Positions 55,282-64,000 of a stretch of 64,000 bases of DNA are shown piece after piece (position 1 is the first letter of the stretch; every line of letters begins with the position of its first letter). The notes below the pieces were generated by a model. That model did not search any database and was not told where the DNA came from. It saw nothing but the letters and a program-made list of their open reading frames with translations. The DNA is from Blastocladiella emersonii ATCC 22665 (lineage: Eukaryota > Fungi > Blastocladiomycota): contig JANHCV010000013.1 in assembly GCA_025594325.1 (NCBI GenBank), positions 310,001 through 374,000 on the forward strand, written 5' to 3'. A program made the translations under genes and the position numbers.

Positions 55282-58200
55282 TCAGTGGTCGGGAATCGTG
55301 CACCCTGCGATCTCGGCGCGCAGGTGAGCCGCGTGATCCATGTCGTCGATGACGACGCACGTCTCGAGCTGCGCGGTCAGCGACCGCATCGGGTTTTCGG
55401 TGCTGCGCGCCGACGCGAGGTGCACGGACGCTGCGCGCACGCTCTTGGTCTCGCCGCCGTACCCGTGCAGGGAGTAGAGTGCGAGCCGCGCAAACGCGCG
55501 CTTGCACCGCGGGTCCGCGTCCTTGGCCTCGTGGTAGTGCGGGCGCGCCCGGCGCCAGAGCTCGTCGGCGAGCGCGGGGTTGCCCGCGGCGGCCGCAAGC
55601 TGCGCGCGCTCAAACAGGACGTCGCCGAGCCCGCACTCGACGCGGGCCACCTCGCGCGGCAGGAGCAGCGCGCGCGTCGCCGGGTCGATCACGGCGAGGT
55701 GCGCGAGCTCGTACTGCTCGGCCGCGACCGCCAGGATCTCGGTGCGCGACCGCGGCTGCTGCTCGGTCGTTGCCCCGCTCCGCGGGTCCTCGACCAGGTT
55801 GAAGAAGAGAAGGTCGCCGAGCCCGACGTGCGCGTACCGCGCGCCCTGCTCGGCCGCCGTGTGGTACAGCCGCATCGCGACGCGCCACGAGTCGGGCCCG
55901 CGCGGGATCGCGCCGTAGTAGAAGAGGTCGGCCGCCGCGACGAGCGCCATGGGCTGGTGGCCCGACTGGCCCGCCGCAATCAGCGAGTGGTACACGGTGT
56001 TGACGTCAAAGTCGGGCTGCGTCAGCGGGCCGCGCGAGCCGCGGATCGTCGCGCGCGCCGCGTAGTACTTGCGCATCGCCTCGTCGGCCGACAGTCGCGG
56101 CTGGCCGTCGTCCTCGGTGTTGATGCGGGCTGCAGTACCTGCCTTCGGGAGCGCGTCAAAGTCAATGAGTGAGGACGAAGACGACGACAGGCCGTCGGCG
56201 GCAAGAAGGACCACCGAGCTGGCGGACGGCGGGGACTCGACAATGGCGCGGTACGTGGCGCGCGCGGCGTCGAGATCTTCGAGAAGCTGGCGGTGAAGCG
56301 GGATCTGGTCCATGAGAGACCCGCTCGTGGGCGACGTGGCATCGGTGCCGTCAAGGACGCGGCGAGCAAGGTGACGGCGAAGGTCGCGAAGTACGTCGCC
56401 GGGATGATCATCGTTGCGACCGACACGCGCGGCACGAGCACCAAGCTCGCCCCCGTCCTCGTCGTCGTCGTCGCTGTCAGCAATCGGCGTCGCATACGGG
56501 AAGCCGGTGGGTCGAGCCGGGGCGGGATGCGCGTCGAGCGTGACGCGAGCGACAAACGAGGCGAGCGCCTGGTCGTCAGTCCGGAACAGCGCATCGACAT
56601 CCTCGATCGCACTAATCTTGGGGGCAGCCGTCTCTACGCCGCGAGGAAGCGAGTTGTGGGAAAGCGAGGCACGGTGAAGCGAGCCGCGAGCCGCGTCCCG
56701 GCCAAGCGTGGCGGCAGCGGGAGAAGTGTTGTCGACACCCGAAGCGGTTGAGATCGAGGAAGTAGAAGCCGTGTCGAGACCCGGCGGGACCAACTTGACG
56801 ACGAGCTGACCGAGGGCGTTGCGCACCGCGACGAGGTGGTGCTCGTCAAAAAGCTGCGGGAAGAGCGCCTGGTTCGTGCCGAGCTGCGCGGCCCGGATGG
56901 CAGCTGCGGCGCTCACCGCGGCGCGGGCGACGGCGATACCTCCGAGCAAGTCGAGCGAATCGAGCGGTTGCGGGCCAAGAAGCTCGTACGGCTCGGAGAC
57001 GACGGCCCAGTCGCCGTTGGTCGCGGGCGACGGCGGCAGGACGCCGTACACGCGAAGCAGGCTGCGCTGCGTCGGCGCGTGCGCATACTGGATCGCGACG
57101 CTGCCGAGCCCGTCGCGCACGAGCTTGGCCGGGTACCGAGACACCATAACGGGCTCGGCGCCGTACAGCTGGGCGAGGCCCCACGGGTGCGGCGTGCGCA
57201 AGTGCTGCTGCGCGTCGACGCGCGACGCGGTAGTTGCAGTCAGGTCGTCCCACGACAGCTGGAAGGCCGCGTCGAACGAGCGCGCCGCGAGCGCACCACC
57301 GTCGTCGCCGTCACCGTCCTCGGCACCGAACGTGAGGTCGAGCATCTGGTCAAACACCTCGGTCTCGGCGCGCATCGCCGCCTCGGCCTGCGCAGAGACC
57401 TTGGCCGCGTCGTACGCGGCGAGGGCGCTCGCCGCCGAGCTGTTCTTGGGGAGACCCATGGCCAGCGCAGCCGCCGCCGCGGCGCCAAGCTGCGCACCAA
57501 TCTCGCCCGCGTACTTGACAGCGAGCTGCTCGGGCGCCTCGGTCCAGACGTGCGACTGCGTCGCGGCGGCGACCTGGCCCTCGGCGAGCAACCGGGCGAC
57601 TGCGTCGAGCGCATCGGCGAGCGCAGCGTATTTGGGCGGCAGGCACTGCGACGTAATGGCCGGGCTGATCTGGATGCGCAGATTGCCGAGCTTGCGCTCG
57701 AGCGCCTTCTTGACGCCCCACGCAGCCTTGAGGTCGGCCGCGAGCCGCTGCGCGACGTTCTGCGCTGCCAGCGCCGCCGCGCGGAACGTGACGGCCGACG
57801 CGGCGAGATCGTCGATGCGGCGGACCGCGTCGTTGACGGCGGGGACCCACGCGAACGCGCGCCACCCGAGCAGGTCGGCGATCTCGGCGCTGCCCGCGTA
57901 CCGGTGCGGGAACAGCGCCTCGATGGCGCTGACGGTTACGATCCCGTCGGACGCGGGCGTCGTGTACCCGAGGTCGGCGAGCGTGACGGGGACCTTGCCG
58001 CGCGTCAGCAAGCCGATCCACGCGTCGACGCGGTCGGTGAGCAGGTCCTCGAGCGTCATAAGAAAGTCGTCGGCGGTGCACACCATGCCGCCGCCGCTCA
58101 GGCCGACGACGCGGCCCCACAGCCGGGCGAGCCCCGGGTTGGTGATGGCCTTCCAGAACCCGGCGCGGTTGTCGACAGCGGCAACGGCCTCGCGCGTCCC

Positions 58201-59259
58201 GCGCAGCGCCGCGTCCATTTTGGCGTCGGTCTTGGCGAGGTCCTTGGCGATGCGGGCGAGCGCGTCGATGCGGTCGCCCTGGCCGCGGATCAGCCCGGTC
58301 TGCGTGGCGAGGTTCTCCTTGAGCTTGCCCGCGGATGCGCCCTGGTGGTTGAGCAGCGCGAGCATGCTGCTCGAGACGTGCGCGTGCAGCTGCGACTGGG
58401 CGCTCATGATCGTCTACAGGATTTGTTTGCGTGCGCGTGTCGAGGCGGAGGGTGAGCGTTTTGATCGGTCACGTCCGAACACGATGGAGTGCGCGAGCGA
58501 GCGTGACAAGAGCGCGCGTACCGCATTGACCTGGCCGAGGGTGATGCCGAGCTCCTTCGACTGGCCCGACAGCATCAGGCGCACGTTGCCCGAGTTGTCG
58601 AGCTCCTCGAGCGCGACAGTCGCGTCGCGGACCTTGCCGTCGATCTTGCCGATGAGCTTGACAATGGCCTTCTCCTGCGCCTTGCTGATGATCTTGGTGA
58701 TGGCTGGGTCGGCGTACACCTCGAGCACGATGCCGCACAGCTGCAGAATGTCCATGCTGCGGCGCTCGATCTCGTTGGCCAGGTCGAGCGTGCGCGAGAG
58801 CTCGCGCTGCATGCCCTTGACGAGCTTCATGTACGGCTTCAGCCCCGCCTCGATGAAGGCGACGATCGGGTACGTGGCCGGGTGGTACGCGGCGACGGCC
58901 TTGGCCAGCTCCTTGGTGTCGACGAGCTCCTTGATGTCGGCCAGATGGGGTTTGACCTCGCCGAGCGCCGAGAGCGCCGAGGCCGAGACGCCCGTCGCGG
59001 CGTGGCCCACAACGTGGTTGATGCGGGCCTGTCGCTCGGCGCGGCGGCGGCGCTTCTCGCGCTGCGCCTTGGCCTCGTCCGACTGGATGGCGTCGAGCGT
59101 GGCCTCGACGGACGCGCGGGTCTCGGCGTGCTTGATCTCGTGCTTCTTCATGGTGTTGTTGTTGTTGTTGTTGTTGGTGTTGGTATCGGCGGTGGGGACG
59201 GACTCGGGGCCCGTGGTGGCGAGCGCGCCGTCGCCCGGTTTGAGCGATGACGACAGCAT
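55282..59259 (-). CDS. Large helical protein with C-terminal Sel1-like repeats; ORFs 58414-59376 and 55282-58407 joined by intron 58414-58521
   Basis: Phase-0 GTACGC...TGTAG intron gives GQVNA|TIMSAQ. Sel1-like AAADLFYYG...AMRLYHTAAEQG..YAHVGLGDL and ARLALYSLHGYGGETKSVRAA. Confidence 0.75.
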
Positions 59260-59778
59260 TTGATTCGTGGTAGTTCGCTGCAGTTCGTAGCAAGGGAGCG
59301 GAGCGAGGACCGAGTTGGAGCGACTCGACGCAGGAGGCAGCGGCGCGGTGCACGGCCGGCGCCAAGTCGTTCGCACCGCACAGTGGCTCGGTCGCGGCGC
59401 TCATGTCTCCGCTCTGTACTGTCGCTGTGACTGCTCTTGCCGGTCCCTTACAGTAACTTTCTCAGCCTAGCTCTACGCCGAACTTGCTTGGTCGTTGGCG
59501 CTTTGCTTCAGATTTGCCATTGGAAAAGCTGCGGCCCCGCCGACGCGAGCGCTACAATCAAACTTGCCATCACGCTCGTCGCGGGCGACACGAGCGATGC
59601 TCCGAACATGTAGTTGTCGTTGGCGGAGCGGATCGGAGTCGAGATCACTGCCGCAATCACGGTTGCATACTCTCAGTCCTGCCGGTCGAAATATTATCGA
59701 TTGATGACCCCACCCGGTGATAACCTATTGCTGCAATCATGCATTGACACGACGGACATGAACAAACACACAATCTAG

Positions 59779-61560
59779 CTAGTACGGCGTCCACCGCGCG
59801 CTCGGCCCGCCGCGACCATCCACACCCCTAGCGGGCCCGAGGAGCTGCGTCGCGTTTGATGGCGTTGGCGACGGGACGGGCATGAACGGCGCAAACGTGG
59901 TTGACTGCGACAGAGAGATGGAGATCCCCGCCGCCCGCGCGCAATCCAAGAGCCGCTCCGCATCGCACTCGTCGACCAGCAACAGCTGCAGCCGGCCCCG
60001 TGGCACAAATGGCGCAGCGCCAAACGGTGCGCCAGTGTCCATGGACATAGTCGTCGGCGAGCTTGCAAACGCGAAGCTTGGTGACGCGGGCGACGACCCA
60101 AGCATGGGCCCGTGTCCAGAGAGAAACGCGTCGCTGCCAGTACCCAAGTCGGCGAAGCCTGGCTTGAACGCGGCCGCGGCGGCCGCGGCTGCGGCGCTGG
60201 CCACGGGGTCGCTGGAATCCGCTGTGTCCAAGTGCGAAGCCGAGGACAGACGATCACCGCTGGGCAGATCCGCATCGCCAGGTTTGTCGATGCCAAACGA
60301 CGACAAGGCCTGCCAGGCATTTTCGCCGCCGAGGAGGAATTGCGCGAGCCCAAGCAGTGTGTTGTCGCCACCGTGCGCGCCCGCGCCTTTAACAGCAGTA
60401 GCAGCCGCACCAGCGCTGCTCGTGCTCGGATCAAACAAGAGGAAAGGCATGTCCATGGGTAAGCCGTTGAGCGTGGAAGCGAAAGCCGGTGGCGGTGGCG
60501 GCGGAGTCGACGCGGCATCCCGCGGACCAGAACCTGCAGTACTCGATGAAGCCGAGGCCGCGCCGACCGCATCGCCGCCACTGCTGGAGGCTGAGCCGTC
60601 GTCAAAAACCTGCTGCACCGCCGCTGCGGCCACGGAAGCCACCCTTGTCAGCGAAGCATCGGGCGAGGATTCCGGGCACTCAAGCGGGGCCTCTTCCACG
60701 GCCGCCGAGCCCGACTCGTCCTCGCGACCAGTCGTCGACGCCCGCCCCGCGCTCGTCCTCGTCGCAACGCGCTCGGGAAGCGCCACGCCAAAGGCGGCTG
60801 AAAGCCATACACGACGCGAGCAAACGTTGGTCAGTCAAAGGCCTTGGCAAAGCGAGTCGAATGGGTCGATTTTCACGACCCACGGAGCAAGTGATCAAAC
60901 GTACCGACGGTAAGCGGGAACGGCAGTCCGTCAGGCACCTCGTCCTCGGTGAGGTCCTCGAGCGCCGAGTTGAGCTCCTTGGCGCCGAGCTCGTGGACAA
61001 GGCGGGGTAGATACTCTGCCGGGGAAAGCGTTGCTGCCGTAGTAGGTGCGGTCGCGACTGTGAAAGGACGAGCACCATCGCCAGACAACTCCTCGGGCTG
61101 CGACACGGGGAACAAGGCAAGCATGGTCGACATGAGATCCTCGTCGCGGTCGGGCTGGCCCTCGGCCGTCGTATCGCGCGCAAGCTCCAAGAGGATCGTC
61201 AGCGCGCACGAGGCCGGGTTGCGGCGCAGGTGCTCGAGAAAGTGGTCGCGGCGGTTGGTGCGCCGCGTGCAGCCCGCGACGCAGCCGAAGGGCAGCGTCC
61301 CGCTGGCGTGCGACGTGTGGAAGTGGCGCGCGAGGTCGTTCGAGCGCTTGCTACGTGGCGGTTGCGGGCGAGTTGGAGGGTAAGCCACAGGATGATGGCT
61401 TCCGGATCTGAGAGCGAGACGTACAAGTCCATGTCGCACGCGGGACACACGATCGGCCGCGAGCCATCCTCGGTCGACTCGAGCACCAGGCTGCCGTTGG
61501 CATAGATGGAAATGTCGAAGGCCGGGTACGCGATCTTGAGCTGCTCCAGAGTCTCTCGAG
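59779..61560 (-). CDS. C2H2 zinc-finger protein, paralog C (start uncertain)
   Basis: Spliced CPACDMDFKRSNDLARHFHTSH (C-x2-C-x12-H-x4-H) and CVAGCTRRTNRRDHFLEHL. Shares LPRLV...LP and LLLVDECD..RLLDCA..AGI blocks with paralog A. Confidence 0.72.
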
Positions 61561-62629
61561 CTAGAGATTGCGCGGTTGCATGTGTGCGTGAGTTTCGGAT
61601 CGTTCGGTCATGAACAGTGAAGCCTGGTCATCGAAGCAAATCTCCATGACGCTCGGATCCACAAATTTAGTGTCCACGACATGGCACGTACCCCGAGGGG
61701 AGAGCAGCGAGGGGCAGATCCGCTCGCTGGGCGGCTGGCGCGAGCGCCGTGCGTTGGAGCGGGATCGGCGCGCCATCTTGCTTCGGGTAACGGTATCGCT
61801 GGCTCGGAGACGCGTCGATCACGTCCGGCGCGGTGGTGGCGAGGCGACGAGGCTCAGCTGGGAGGCACGCCGATGGCGGGAGGGGACGCAGGCGAGCGCG
61901 GGAGAGAGAGGGCGCGGTGCACGGCCAACTCACACCTTGAAGACCATGTACACCGCGCCGAGCACGCTTTGAGCAACGTGCATGGACCGAGAAGAAGAAA
62001 AGGGCAGGTGCACGGGACCGCACCGCACACGCGCATCGCTCATGCGGAAAGGAAAAACGTGCGACCACCGCATACCCTGTACACCGCACAGTACGTCGGG
62101 CGCGTCGGCCTTCTCCACTGGGCGCTGATGCGGAGCCGTATAGCCGAGCCTACTCTAAATTGTTCTTGACCACTTGCGAGCCGGGCCACGACCGGCGCTT
62201 GGTTTGTCGCCGTGTCTCCTGGGCTAGCGAGTCCGAACTCCAAAGCGTGATGTAGGCCGCCTACACGTGAACCGGCACCGATTGCGGACTGATGCGCTGA
62301 TCAGGTCGCGCCTGGCGTACATACTCAAAGGGCTGCGTTTCGCGGCGCTTGGCTTCGTCGCGCGAGCACGCACGACCAGGGATCCCAACGTCAAACGAAG
62401 CTCTGCACGCACCTGTAACGGAGACGCCGCAAGTAATATGCTCCTTGTGACGCATACTCCACCCGGTTTGGCTGAAAACCTTGCCTTGCTCCTCCGCGTT
62501 GGCTATCCTCAGTGACCGCACGTGATGCGGCGGCGGCGCTTGTTCGACGTCGCCGCCGTTCCGACGCGAGCGTCAGGCTCCTCTGCACTCCTCCCCCCGT
62601 GCCCCTGAGCTTGAACCACAGTCTATGCA

Positions 62630-63824
62630 ATGAAGCCTTCTACGATGGAACAGCCGCCCGCAACCTTGAACCCGGCACCGGCGATTCGCGTCGTGCCCGC
62701 CCGCGCTCCGCCGTACCGGGCCGCGGCCGACCTCGGCGGGCTGGTGTGGGATCCGCGAGGTACTTGCAGCCTTTCGTCTGCGTGGCTTCGTCTCCGCTCT
62801 TCGAGTATACATGAGCACGGATCGCGCCATGCACCATCATCCTGCTTCTTACCCCCGCACCGACTCCCTCTCCCCCGACCGTGCCCCCATCACACGAGGA
62901 ACTGCGCCTCGGTGTTTGGACGGCTCTGCCGTTGACATCAGCCCACGCGCCCGCTGCATCACATCGCCGAGGATGCGCGGCTGACCCCTAAACCTCGATT
63001 CGGCGCGGCGGCGGACACACACAACCCTCCCTCACCCACTCCCGCCTCGTCCTCCGAACCGCCACCAACCCCCACCAGCCGTCCTGACCCTCCGCAGCAC
63101 ATGGCGCGTCCCGGGCACCCTGATCGGGACGGTCCGGCGCGACCGCGGCAAGGCCGGGAAAGGCGCCGCGGCCGCCGCTGGCGAGATGGGCGACGGCATG
63201 CTCCCGGACGGCGGGCTCCCGCTGTACCTCGGACCGGCGGAGGTCGTGTACCTGCTCAGTCAAGGTGCGTGTTCTTCGCTCTCAGCGTCGCGTGATGTAC
63301 TGACTCGTTTGGCGGTGTAGGCGCGATCACGCTCGCGTGGCACGACGGCACGACCGAGATCTCCTCGCCCGCCTCTCTCCTCGCCGCGCTCGCGCTCCCC
63401 CAAAACTCGCGCAACTTCTTCGCACCCTCGTTCCGCGCCGAAGTCGCAGTCCTCTCGTCGCTGCACGGCGAACCCTTGCGGGAGATGTACACGGCGCACC
63501 CGGGCGGGTACGGGTGTACGATGCTCGCGTACCAAGGTCCGTCCATGCTCCCCGCGCGCCCTCGCACCAAACACCCCGACTCACGCCGAACGTGTAGACG
63601 ACCCCATGACGTGCCACGCGGCCGCGACGGTGCACGCGGTGGCGGAACCGAGCGTCGACCTGCGCGAGTGGGTGGCGGCAGCGCGGGTCGGGTCGGCGAC
63701 GCAGAAGCGGGTCGTGTACGGTGCTCCCGCTGGCGGCGATGGCGAGGTGGGAGACTGTGAGTGGTTGGGGGCGATTGGGAAGAACAAGGCGAGGATGTGG
63801 ACGGCAGCGTGGACGGGGTGGTAG
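62630..63824 (+). CDS. SEN34: tRNA-splicing endonuclease catalytic subunit Sen34-like (several introns; first exons uncertain)
   Basis: GLVWD, VPGTLIGT, GLPLYLGPAEVVYLL, GGYGCTMLAYQ|DDPMTCHA, AARVGSATQKRVV, terminal WTGW; GT-AG introns join exons. Confidence 0.65.
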
Positions 63825-64000
63825 GGTAATACATTACGCGGTGGTTCGTCAGCTGATAGTGGGGGGGGGGCGACTGAGAGAGGCGCGACGCTGCCTTGGG
63901 GTGCTGTTGGCGACGCGAGGGTCTCAGCTCTCCGCCACGTAGACGTTGACCTCTATATGAGCATGGACCATGAATCTTACTCCTCGGTGACCTGATGCAA

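Noticed and set aside
56819-59263. 814-aa plus-strand ORF and similar long ORFs (e.g. 8524-10137 minus, 49582-50949 plus, 55255-56172 plus)
   Set aside because: These are antisense shadows of GC3-rich genes on the other strand, with low-complexity Ser/Ala/Arg translations.

Overview
GC-rich eukaryotic genomic DNA. Short spliceosomal introns (about 55-110 nt) with GTACGY/GTGCGT donors, CTRAC branch points and YAG acceptors suggest an early-diverging fungus; a blastocladiomycete such as Allomyces is an inference, not shown. The window is an accessory, transposon-rich region. (1) Bases 1 to about 5000 look like the right part of an integrated, intron-less, virus/Polinton-like replicon. It encodes a TVpol (family-A-like primase-polymerase)-SF3 helicase fusion split by one in-frame stop, followed by a bidirectional iteron array resembling a replication origin and by paired palindromes. 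(2) A helical-domain/TKL-kinase/LRR gene is interrupted by a complete PIF/Harbinger element (TIR GGGCCCGTTTGGTTC, TAA TSD); removing the element restores the frame. (3) A non-autonomous CACTA/CMC-type element (TIR CACAGTGAAAAAGG, GTG TSD) sits upstream of that gene. (4) Host genes include a PTM1-like 7TM protein, an amino-acid transporter, an AIG1/GIMAP-like GTPase, a catalytically dead metacaspase with DxDxDG repeats, three paralogous C2H2 zinc-finger genes, an F-box protein, an HSPA12-like Hsp70, a Sel1-repeat protein and a SEN34-like gene. There are also relics of ankyrin-like, LRR and POL1 C-terminal sequences. (5) A fixed-spacing composite motif (E-box-N6-ACGCG) recurs six times. All family assignments come from motif recognition by eye; no searches were run.
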